Positions 56,035 through 64,000 of a stretch of DNA of 64,000 nucleotides are shown in pieces. Location: NCBI GenBank assembly GCA_902464635.1, contig CABQKC010000008.1, positions 1,521-65,520 of the forward strand, given 5' to 3'. The stretch is from an uncultured Bacillales bacterium (GTDB lineage Bacteria; Bacillota_I; Bacilli_A; RFN20; CAG-826). Each line of letters begins with the position of its first letter. The stretch's first letter is position 1. The notes beneath the pieces are model-generated. The model had not been told where the DNA came from and searched no databases. It saw nothing but the letters and a program-made list of their open reading frames with translations. Position numbers and translations under genes: made by a program.

Positions 56035-58449
56035 TTATTTTTCTTTTTTGCGTTTAGCGGCAATTATACCAATTGCACCTAGAACGCTAACTGCAGCAAT
56101 AGAAGATCCGACGATTGCGCCACCACATCCTCCTTTGCTAGTTGAACTAGTTTCAGAAATGGATGGGGTTGGTTCTACGCTATCTTCGCTTGTAGATGGG
56201 GTTGGAGCAGATGAGGATGATGATTCAATTGGTTCAGTAGCCTTTTCAATTACATGGAGTGTAACTGTCTTGGTTTCAGAATAATCTTCGCTATCAAAAG
56301 CTTTATAGGTGAATGTTACATCTCCAGTAGTTGCATCACCTTTAGCAACATAGCTAAATGTACCATCTTCATTAAAGGTTAATGTGCCCTTAGAAGCAGT
56401 GTTGTCTTCTACTAATTGATATGTAAGGGTTTCTCCTTCATCTTCATCAGTAGCAACGACTGCTTCAGTTAAAGTTTCTCCAGCATTTACATTGAAAGAG
56501 GCATCTACTGCAACTGGAGCTTTATTTGGAGTTTCTCCATCAAGGTTAGTTAGTTTGATATCATCGATCCAGAAATTACCACCTGCAGTTGAAACAAATG
56601 AAATATATCCGGCAGTGTCCCAGTTATATCTAGTTAGAATCGGATTTCCTTCAGCATTTGCAGGATTAGTTAACCAAGTTTTTACTAAGCCATCTTCAGC
56701 CCTGATATGGACTTTCATCATAACGTCCTTATTGGCTTCGTTTAGCATCAATGTATCAGCGCCACACCAGCCTCTATCACCAGCTTGTCCATTTAGGAGA
56801 GAATCGACTGTATCAACACCGAAATAAATTAATCCAGAACTAGTGAATGGGTCGCTTGGATTTTCTTTTCCTAGCGAAACACCAATCCAAGTAGAAGCAG
56901 GGGTGATATTGCCGTCATCATCTTCTTCTAGTTGCTGTTTCTTGCAGGTGAATTCTAAATCAAAGTTAGCGTATTCGTGCTTGGTTGCAAAATAAGATCC
57001 ATCAGCAGAATCTTTGAATCTAACCATGCCGTCTTCTTGAATGTAGACATGTCCGTCTTCTTCGATAACATTGCCACCACTTAAGGCTGTAGATTTATAA
57101 GTCCAGTTATGGTCAATCTTGCCACCTTCAAAAGTTGGGGCCAAATCACGTCCAGACTTAACTACTCCTTTGTAATTAGAAATCTCTATTTTCGAAATCT
57201 TACTAGAAGTAGTACCGTTCCCTAAGAAAGCAATTCCAACTCTTCCTTCTCCAAAAGTAGTGACAGAAGAAACACTTTTTGCTCCAAATGTACCTGTAAC
57301 AGTATATGAAGTTCCATCATATGTAATAGAAGACTCTAATTTTGCTGTAGTTCCATCTAAGGAAGTTTCTCCTAAAGATTCGCTAGCTTTAAGTTCGCCA
57401 CCGACATATAGAACTAGCTCGTTAGCAGTCCTGTTTTTCCTAATTCCAACAAAATTAGCAGTTGTTGCATCGGCTACTTCTCCATTTAGGCCTGTAGCAA
57501 TTCCAATAGCCTTTTCTCCTAATGTTTCAAGAGCCAGTGTAGCAGTCATGGAAACGACTTTATTAGATTTTTCTCCTCTTGTATAAGATGTCTTATAAAT
57601 AATGCCAGCCCCAGTGTCTGGAGAAGAGGCGACTAGATATTTAGCAGGATCATTGCGAGTATATTTAGCTTGGTTAATCATAACCGAGTCCATGACAAAC
57701 TTATCAGTTCCAGGAGTCTCGAAATCTTCTTCAACAACATAGGCTAAATTAGCTAAATCTTTATTATCGGCAAGCCCAACTTTGATATTGTCTAAAGTGA
57801 CGGAGCCAGTAAAAGAATTACCCATGAAGGCAACATAGCCACTACCAACAGAAACAAAAGAACCAGCGGTCCAATAGCAAATCAAGGCAAATTCTCCACC
57901 AGTCACTTTTCCATAAAGTTCTGCTGAGCCATCGGCATTGAAAACCATTCGATATGAACCATTAACATATGTATTGAGTGCTTGCCACTGCGTTTGAGCA
58001 CCTGCTGCAGTAAAAGGTAGTTTTCCCGTTGCTGTATTTGCAATGTTTCCACTTAGTTGAAGCATTACCATATCGCCCCAGCATCCACCAAAATTAGAAG
58101 CACCTTTGCCAATGCATAAGTAGCCTCCACTATCATAATCGGAGGTAGAGAATTCTACGACGGTAGATTTGCCTTCGCCAACAGCCAAGGGTTCCTTTGT
58201 CCTAAAAAATCCATCGTTATAGTTCATCGTTGATAAGGTGACGGAGCCACTTTTATCAACGAAATTAAATGCCCCTCCGTTTCCTTTTACGACATCAAAA
58301 GTTTCAGTTGGGATACCATTAGGAAATCCTTCGCTAACTGTCGAGTCGAGGAATGTTGCGGCTGATGTCGCTTTCGGTTGAGATATCCCTGCTGCAATTG
58401 CGCCCAAGGCAAGTAGCATTCCAGGAATTAATAGTAATTTACCTTTCAT
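56035..58449 (-). CDS. Secreted multi-LamG/DUF1080 surface protein with cadherin-like/tandem-95-type Ig domain and GGCGG-TM-KRKK C-terminal signal
   Basis: The ATG at 58449 gives MKGKLLLIPGMLLALGAIAAG. HEYANFDLEFTCK and WIDDIKLTNLDG are DUF1080-like. DEDEGETLTYQLVEDNTASKGTLTFNEDGTFSYV is an Ig-like repeat. The C-terminus reads SKGGCGGAIVGSSIAAVSVLGAIGIIAAKRKKEK. Confidence 0.7.
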   Translation of the reverse strand: MKGKLLLIPGMLLALGAIAAGISQPKATSAATFLDSTVSEGFPNGIPTETFDVVKGNGGAFNFVDKSGSVTLSTMNYNDGFFRTKEPLAVGEGKSTVVEFSTSDYDSGGYLCIGKGASNFGGCWGDMVMLQLSGNIANTATGKLPFTAAGAQTQWQALNTYVNGSYRMVFNADGSAELYGKVTGGEFALICYWTAGSFVSVGSGYVAFMGNSFTGSVTLDNIKVGLADNKDLANLAYVVEEDFETPGTDKFVMDSVMINQAKYTRNDPAKYLVASSPDTGAGIIYKTSYTRGEKSNKVVSMTATLALETLGEKAIGIATGLNGEVADATTANFVGIRKNRTANELVLYVGGELKASESLGETSLDGTTAKLESSITYDGTSYTVTGTFGAKSVSSVTTFGEGRVGIAFLGNGTTSSKISKIEISNYKGVVKSGRDLAPTFEGGKIDHNWTYKSTALSGGNVIEEDGHVYIQEDGMVRFKDSADGSYFATKHEYANFDLEFTCKKQQLEEDDDGNITPASTWIGVSLGKENPSDPFTSSGLIYFGVDTVDSLLNGQAGDRGWCGADTLMLNEANKDVMMKVHIRAEDGLVKTWLTNPANAEGNPILTRYNWDTAGYISFVSTAGGNFWIDDIKLTNLDGETPNKAPVAVDASFNVNAGETLTEAVVATDEDEGETLTYQLVEDNTASKGTLTFNEDGTFSYVAKGDATTGDVTFTYKAFDSEDYSETKTVTLHVIEKATEPIESSSSSAPTPSTSEDSVEPTPSISETSSTSKGGCGGAIVGSSIAAVSVLGAIGIIAAKRKKEK

Positions 58450-58502
58450 GTGATTTTTCACTCCTTTCAGTAAATATACAAACGGGCTATTGCCCAAAAT
58501 AA

Positions 58503-59453
58503 TTAATATTCAACGGCAGGAAAGAACCTCTCCAATAGCCACTTAATTAATTGGATTAATGGGATACCTATGACGGTAAATATCATTCCAACAGCGGCAG
58601 CTTTATATAATTGATTTGCATTAACTAAATTCATGATAAATAAGGCAATAGTAGAAGAGAGTCCGTCATATGGCCCTCCTCCTGTTAATAACATCGGTTG
58701 CAGGAAGAGAGTAAAGATGACAGATACACCAGAAACAAACAAAGTAGTAATTGTTCCTGAAATCATTGGGGTTACAACTTGGACAAGCTCTCTCCACAAC
58801 CCAATTCCATCCATTTTCCCGGCTTCGAAAATATCGCTAGGAATGCGGTTTATCGCGCCAGAAAGCAAGACGACGTTATAGCCAATCCCAGCCCACAAAC
58901 AATAGAAGAGAACCATCCACATTACAGTTGATTTATCTCCTAACCATCCGTTTTTAGGAATTATTCCACCTAGTCCTATGGCTTTAAGAATTTCATTGAC
59001 TGGTCCGAATGTTGAATCAATCATGAACGAGAATGACATGGTCAAAACAACAACGGATATAATGTTTGGAAGGAAGAATATAACCCTGAAAGCTTTAGAT
59101 CCAGGCACCTTCTTTTGAAGGATATAAGCACAGAAAATAGAAACCGGAAGCAAGACAAAGTTATTGCTCAGGAATAGGTATATGGAATTTATGATTGAAT
59201 TCCTTAAATCGGGCTCGTCTGGACTAGTTAATCTTTCAAATGCCCATTTGTAATTATCTAAGCCTACAAATATCTCTCCTAATTCATAGTCTAATCTTTG
59301 GAAAGACATTACTATCGTGTCGATGTTAACGTAAGCCCAAAAAACAAGGAACTGCAAAAGAGGATAGGCAATCATGCATATAATGAAGATTATCCTACCC
59401 CAATTATGCTTTTTCTTGGGTTTATGTAATTTTAACGTTTCGACCTCATCCAT
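58503..59453 (-). CDS. CUT1 sugar ABC transporter permease (LplB/YteP-like), locus 2
   Basis: EAA-loop region EAGKMDGIGLWRELVQVVTPMISG. TM-rich. Confidence 0.85.
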   Translation of the reverse strand: MDEVETLKLHKPKKKHNWGRIIFIICMIAYPLLQFLVFWAYVNIDTIVMSFQRLDYELGEIFVGLDNYKWAFERLTSPDEPDLRNSIINSIYLFLSNNFVLLPVSIFCAYILQKKVPGSKAFRVIFFLPNIISVVVLTMSFSFMIDSTFGPVNEILKAIGLGGIIPKNGWLGDKSTVMWMVLFYCLWAGIGYNVVLLSGAINRIPSDIFEAGKMDGIGLWRELVQVVTPMISGTITTLFVSGVSVIFTLFLQPMLLTGGGPYDGLSSTIALFIMNLVNANQLYKAAAVGMIFTVIGIPLIQLIKWLLERFFPAVEY

Positions 59454-59456
59454 AAT

Positions 59457-60821
59457 TTATTTAACAAACGGGATAACAAATATTCCATCTCCCTCGTCTA
59501 GAGTGATTTCGAATTTATTGGAATTAAGTTCAACTACTTCTTTATTTTCGCCATGATAAACAAGGGCGTGTGTCGCACCATTGAAATCAAGACTAATGAC
59601 ATCTTTTTTAAGTTCGGAAGGGTCAGAGAAGTTAGAAATAATGAATCCATCCCTTCCTTCTTTGTTCTTAAAGGAGCCGATTAAAGTATTTTGAGAACAA
59701 TTTATATTAGAAATAGCATCAATCTTTTCTAGTGATTGTTGGCACATTTCGATTTGTCTTGGAGTACCCGATACTTCGTTTCCTACAACAGGCATCGTAC
59801 CAACCCAAGAGAAATCTAGATAAGCTTCGTCCATGCTCATCAAATCTTTATTAACGTTTTTGACATGATTATATAAATCAGTTCTCTTTCCATCTTTTGT
59901 AATCATTGATGGAGATGAGGCTTCGCCAAATTCAAGCGGAGTCCAGTAGCAGAAATACTGAATAGACTTGGAGCCATATGCCAATTCAGTCATTACTTGA
60001 TGACGTACTTCGGCTTCATTTGGAATTCTAGTATTCTTATCAAAACTCATCGCTTGAACGAAGGTATACATATCAATCCCGGCTTCTTTACATTTGTTAG
60101 CCACTATCTCAAGATTCCATAAGACATCTTCGGTCAATGATTTATTGCCATAGATATCTTCAGTCATTGAATAATGGTCGTATGAAAGGAATTTTGGTTT
60201 TAGCTTTTGAATATAAAGATCAATATATTCGGCATAGGAATCGGTTTGAGTTTGGCTAGTCAAGGCATATGTAGGGAATAAATTTACATAGAATTCCTTG
60301 CCAGGATAATCTTGTTCATATAATTCTTTTAATTTTGCAAGGGAATCGAATCTAGAAGCCCCAGGTTCGTCAGTAACCAAAAATCCACGCAAAGCCTCAG
60401 CATCGTCATAGGATTTTGTAATGTTGTGTAAATCTCCCTTTTCTAATTCAAGGAGATCAGGGTCTAAATCAATGTAATCCCTTGCCAAATATTCAATACC
60501 AGCATTTTTAGCATATTCCAATGCATTTTTAATAGCAGTTCTATTGCCGATTTCATAAAGGGCATAGATAACATTAATCCCGCTTTCGGCAATTTCGTTA
60601 TATCTTTCTTGGGTTATGAAATTTGGATTTCCCTTGTTATTCCAGTTTTCGGCTGGAGGAGCAACCCAGGCACCAACGCGAAGAACATTTTCAGCTTGTT
60701 TGGAAGCAAAATCTGGCTGTCCTGAAACAACATCATATTTAATTTTATTGGCATCATTGCAAGACATAAGGCAGACCCCTCCAAAGGCTGTTAAAGAAAT
60801 TAATTTGAGTATCCTTTTCAT
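59457..60821 (-). CDS. Lipoprotein, TIM-barrel-like putative glycoside hydrolase (unassigned family), paralog B
   Basis: Signal LTAFGGVCLMSC. Blocks FLVTDEP, YVNLFPTYA, SYDHYS and IQYFCYWTP, shared with 53690-55084. Confidence 0.65.
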   Translation of the reverse strand: MKRILKLISLTAFGGVCLMSCNDANKIKYDVVSGQPDFASKQAENVLRVGAWVAPPAENWNNKGNPNFITQERYNEIAESGINVIYALYEIGNRTAIKNALEYAKNAGIEYLARDYIDLDPDLLELEKGDLHNITKSYDDAEALRGFLVTDEPGASRFDSLAKLKELYEQDYPGKEFYVNLFPTYALTSQTQTDSYAEYIDLYIQKLKPKFLSYDHYSMTEDIYGNKSLTEDVLWNLEIVANKCKEAGIDMYTFVQAMSFDKNTRIPNEAEVRHQVMTELAYGSKSIQYFCYWTPLEFGEASSPSMITKDGKRTDLYNHVKNVNKDLMSMDEAYLDFSWVGTMPVVGNEVSGTPRQIEMCQQSLEKIDAISNINCSQNTLIGSFKNKEGRDGFIISNFSDPSELKKDVISLDFNGATHALVYHGENKEVVELNSNKFEITLDEGDGIFVIPFVK

Positions 60822-62194
60822 TTTCCAAAGTTCCCCGCTTCTTTTTGGAACTTGCTCCAGTTATTAGAAACAAAGTTATAGATTGTGTTATGAACTGTCT
60901 CAGCAGAATCACCTTCCTGGATCATCTTTGAATAAGGTGCGCCATATCCTGGCCATGTATTAAGGCTATTTTGGTAATACATGATGGATTTAGAATTCAT
61001 ATAGACATTCTTTCCTTCTTCCCACATCAAGCAGCAATCTTTTGTGAAATCTGAGATACCTTCAATTGTTGAAGGTTTCTTTTCATATTTGAAAGGGCGG
61101 ATGCCTCCAGCTGATTTTGTAAATATTTCTAGGGCACTTTCGGTGCAGGTATAGGCCAAGAATTTCTTAGCAGCTTCTTTATTGGCAGCTTTCCTTGGGA
61201 TAACCATGAAGTCTCCAGAAGTGCAATATAGCAAGTCTTCTTTAGCTCCTTCTATTGTTGGGGTTTTCATTAGACGCATCTTGAAATTCGATGGCATGGA
61301 TGACTTCATTTCGTTTTCAAGCCAAGCCCCATTAGACATCATGGCAGCCTCGCCTCTAACAAAAGACATTTGGGATTCCATGAATTTCTTCCCAGCTGCC
61401 CCAGGAATTGAATTCTTTGGGCTTCCGTCTTCTCCGCAGACTAATTTTTCAAATCCTTGGAGGGCTTTTAATCTTCCTTCCTGCTTATAGACTTCAGGAG
61501 ATTCAAATTTCCAGAATTCATTCCATTTTTCCCTGCCCTCATATTGAGCCCACCACTGTAATGTTGTGAAATCCCAATATGATGCGACTGCACCGCTCCA
61601 AGAGAATGGGGCAACAGTACCAGCGCTATCGCTATTAATCTTGTTACATAATGTTTCTAATTCAGCAAATGTAGTAGGGACACTCCATTTATATTGCTCA
61701 AACATTGAAGCGTTATAAACCAATCCGCAAGGGTTAACTGACCATGGAAGTGCATAATATTTTCCTTTAACTTCTCCAAAGTCTTGTAAACCTTCAACTA
61801 TGGAGTCTTTAACTGTACGGCTCGTGCCTTCGACAGTCGTGTTATATAAATCGTCTAGAGGTTCTAGATAACCATTGACAGTCCAAGGCTGCCAGTTTGT
61901 TTGAAGAACCATTGCGATATCAGGTAAATTAGTTCCGTTTTGTAATCTTGGCAAAATGTTGACAGTCATCTGGGCATCGCCATCAAGATCTAATTTAATT
62001 TTGTCATCAGGATGTTTTTCGTTATAGTCAGCTTCCCAATCAAGGAGGAATTGCCTTCCAAAGCCAGCTTCAACAAAAGCGATTTTTACAATTGAATACT
62101 CACCGTCTTGAGTATTAGGTTTGCCACCACAAGCAGTCAAAGCTAAAGTAGACAAACACATTAATGCAATGTTACGGATTTTTATTTGTTTCAT
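60818..62194 (-). CDS. CUT1 ABC transporter extracellular solute-binding lipoprotein, locus 2
   Basis: Signal CLSTLALTAC. It is ~440 aa mature and the first gene of the operon with the two permeases. GGAG lies upstream of the ATG. Confidence 0.8.
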   Translation of the reverse strand: MKQIKIRNIALMCLSTLALTACGGKPNTQDGEYSIVKIAFVEAGFGRQFLLDWEADYNEKHPDDKIKLDLDGDAQMTVNILPRLQNGTNLPDIAMVLQTNWQPWTVNGYLEPLDDLYNTTVEGTSRTVKDSIVEGLQDFGEVKGKYYALPWSVNPCGLVYNASMFEQYKWSVPTTFAELETLCNKINSDSAGTVAPFSWSGAVASYWDFTTLQWWAQYEGREKWNEFWKFESPEVYKQEGRLKALQGFEKLVCGEDGSPKNSIPGAAGKKFMESQMSFVRGEAAMMSNGAWLENEMKSSMPSNFKMRLMKTPTIEGAKEDLLYCTSGDFMVIPRKAANKEAAKKFLAYTCTESALEIFTKSAGGIRPFKYEKKPSTIEGISDFTKDCCLMWEEGKNVYMNSKSIMYYQNSLNTWPGYGAPYSKMIQEGDSAETVHNTIYNFVSNNWSKFQKEAGNFGK

Positions 62195-62237
62195 ATTTTT
62201 CTCCTTAAATGAGCAAATATTGTTTCCCTATATTTCT

Positions 62238-62266
62238 ATTGTAAGGGCTTCCAAAAATAATTTAAA
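62238..62266 (-). promoter_or_regulatory. Candidate promoter of locus 2 operon
   Basis: Minus strand reads TTTAAA, 17 nt, TACAAT, about 44 nt upstream of the ATG at 62194. Confidence 0.25.
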
Positions 62267-62425
62267 GTATTTTTTTAACCCGTTTAAATAAATACTAAAA
62301 ATAAAGGAATTTGTTTGACGTTTATATTTATATAACCTGTTAAAAAGTAGCGTTTAAAAATTAATTTAAACCACCTAAAAGCACCCTAAAATCAGAACAA
62401 ATCAAAATATTAACACTTAAAAAAC

Positions 62426-64000
62426 TTATTTTAATAAACCGAGTCTATTGAAATAACATATAGGCTGACTAGCCCAGCCATGGCATAAACTGCCTGCGTT
62501 GTTAAAATCTTTATAACCTAGTTCGGTCTCATAGAAAGTAGTCGCGCCTTCTTCTAGCATTTTGCCATATACTCTTTTGATGTCGTCTAAAACAAAAGAC
62601 GAATACAAACTATCTACTTCTAGCAAGGCATCATATAAAAGAGGCTTTGACGATAAAGTTGATTTTATAAAACTCGTATTTGGATTTGTTAATTCTTTGG
62701 CTAGGTTAATTGCTTCCTCTTTTGTTGCATAACTAACCAATATAGCCAAGGCATTACCATATTGAGAACATCTAGAATCATCCTTGCTCATCTTAAAAAA
62801 TCCTTCTTGAAGGAACTCTTTCCTTGCAGCTTCCTTGTTTTCTAGATAAATCGAAGAATAGTCATTATTTATCCCTAAGGCGTGTTCTATTCTTTCAAAA
62901 CTCCTTAAAGCTTTCACAAACAATCCATTGATGATTAAATCAGCAACCCTATATTGCTTTTGCATCAAGCCACCTTCTAAACCATCTTGCCATTCATAGA
63001 AATTCCATGTTCCAGGGTGGTCGAATGTATATATCAATCCCTTCTCATATTGTTTAAAGAAAGTATTCATCAAATCCTTTAGTTTAGGATAGATTCTCTT
63101 TAATGTTTCTTTATCTTTTGTATTTTGGTAATAAAGATCTACTGCAAAAAAATAATAAAGGGAGAATGAAGGAATAGTTAAATATGATTTGCTAGGAGAA
63201 CATATCGAAAGAAGATGATCTTCCCTATAATCTTGGCTAATCAGAATTAACGATGACTTAAGTTGTTCTACATTGGTAAAGCAAACAAATCCAGCGACCG
63301 CTTGATTTAATGAATCCATCGCATATAAGCACTGCTCTCTCCATGGACAATCTTCATAATGTTCGTGATAACAACATTCCAAAGTATAAACACATGTGTC
63401 ATATATTTTTTTAACTAATGGGTCATCTATTTTGTATTCTTTCTTGATGAATGGGTATTTGACTTCCCTAATCCCAAAATAAGATATTTCGATATCATCT
63501 TCTGCGAATACTTCTAGGTAACGTAATCCTAAACGCTTGAAAAGACCTAGGAATTTGTTCTCTCCTTCTTTAGCAATATATTCAAAAGAGAAATCCCTGC
63601 CTTCAATTTGATAGACGATAGATTCGCTTTCTTTATGTTCGGCATACGCAATCAATATCTTTTGCTTTATATTCGAAACAAAATCCAAATCAAGATAACC
63701 CACTACCTCTTTATTGAAGTCTATCAAATAATGACCCTTGCCTAATCTAGTTGCAGAGCATTGAAGCCTTTTCTTTAACTCGATTTTCTTATTTAACCTA
63801 AATTCTATATCCGAATTAGATTTAACTACATAAGACTTATGGAATTCATTTTCTTTACCATTTGCATCAAAACAATACGAATAGCCTAATTGAGGAGTGA
63901 TTCTCTTTTTTAAATGGGGAATATAGTTTGGATGCTTGCAAGACAATATGGATTCATCGCTTTTTAAGATGATCTTGGAATCATTAGAGGCAATTACAAA
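62426..64000 (-). CDS. GH78-like (alpha-L-rhamnosidase six-hairpin) glycoside hydrolase, 5'-truncated by window edge
   Basis: HYEDCPWREQCLYAMDS parallels the GH78 DCP-x-RE-x-x-W-x-GD block. EGATTFYETE and SLCHGWASQP parallel GH78 C-terminal blocks. The frame stays open upstream of the TTG at 63946 to nt 64000. Confidence 0.55.
   Translation of the reverse strand, partial: FVIASNDSKIILKSDESILSCKHPNYIPHLKKRITPQLGYSYCFDANGKENEFHKSYVVKSNSDIEFRLNKKIELKKRLQCSATRLGKGHYLIDFNKEVVGYLDLDFVSNIKQKILIAYAEHKESESIVYQIEGRDFSFEYIAKEGENKFLGLFKRLGLRYLEVFAEDDIEISYFGIREVKYPFIKKEYKIDDPLVKKIYDTCVYTLECCYHEHYEDCPWREQCLYAMDSLNQAVAGFVCFTNVEQLKSSLILISQDYREDHLLSICSPSKSYLTIPSFSLYYFFAVDLYYQNTKDKETLKRIYPKLKDLMNTFFKQYEKGLIYTFDHPGTWNFYEWQDGLEGGLMQKQYRVADLIINGLFVKALRSFERIEHALGINNDYSSIYLENKEAARKEFLQEGFFKMSKDDSRCSQYGNALAILVSYATKEEAINLAKELTNPNTSFIKSTLSSKPLLYDALLEVDSLYSSFVLDDIKRVYGKMLEEGATTFYETELGYKDFNNAGSLCHGWASQPICYFNRLGLLK

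Noticed and set aside
62352-62371. GTTTAAA-AATTAA-TTTAAAC palindrome and a second CGTTTAAA at 62281-62288 in the locus 2 upstream region, considered as an operator for the second ROK-like protein.
   Set aside because: The arms are 7 bp and composed almost entirely of A/T, and there is only a single instance. That is insufficient to separate it from background.
1-64000. Possibility of a Mycoplasma-type code (TGA = Trp), given the mollicute-like features.
   Set aside because: TGA terminates several genes exactly at ATGA or near-overlap junctions with the next start (15686-15688, 23901-23903, 55081-55083, 3512-3514). All long ORFs are intact under the standard code.
1-64000. Search for CRISPR arrays, tRNA/rRNA genes, IS elements, integrases or prophage genes.
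   Set aside because: No spaced direct-repeat arrays were seen. No intergenic region exceeds ~230 nt. No ORF has transposase, integrase or recombinase motifs. The only repeat pair is the 35-mer around the HipA-like gene.

Overview
Dense, very AT-rich, almost entirely minus-strand coding segment from a low-GC bacterium. The many lipoproteins, the absence of LPXTG proteins and the mollicute-style insertions in transporter subunits suggest a Bacillota/Mycoplasmatota lineage, perhaps Acholeplasma- or Erysipelotrichia-like. This taxonomic call is inference. The standard genetic code applies, because TGA clearly serves as a stop. I saw no rRNA, tRNA, CRISPR array, transposase or integrase. Layout: (i) 1-2.7 kb holds a two-component system (the kinase is cut by the window edge) plus a HipA-like kinase gene bracketed by 35-bp direct repeats. 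(ii) 2.7-33.8 kb is glycan-utilisation locus 1. It contains a ROK regulator, GH20, GH38 alpha-mannosidase, a GH123/DUF4091-like protein, an esterase, a CUT1 ABC importer with an MsmK-type ATPase, several very large surface lipoproteins and an extracellular PTP-like phosphatase lipoprotein. (iii) 34-35.7 kb carries two plus-strand orphan genes. (iv) 35.7-44.6 kb carries mglB-mglA-mglC, controlled by a three-component sensor (MglB-like binding protein, YesM-like kinase, YesN-like regulator). (v) 44.7-64 kb is glycan-utilisation locus 2, with a second ROK, GH20, an SGNH/sialate-O-acetylesterase-like protein, a second CUT1 importer, TIM-barrel-like lipoproteins, two LamG/DUF1080 surface proteins and a GH78-like protein. 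Most notable observations: a translationally coupled four-gene membrane module (orphan MalK-like NBD, 2-TM hairpin protein, N-anchored ectodomain protein, DUF624/YesL) that occurs twice; a Cys-containing C-terminal sorting-like signal (GGCGG + TM + KRKK) on two surface proteins; a circularly permuted MglB; and a 27-29 bp palindromic operator present at three promoters of locus 1. All family assignments come from motif recognition by eye. No database search was run.
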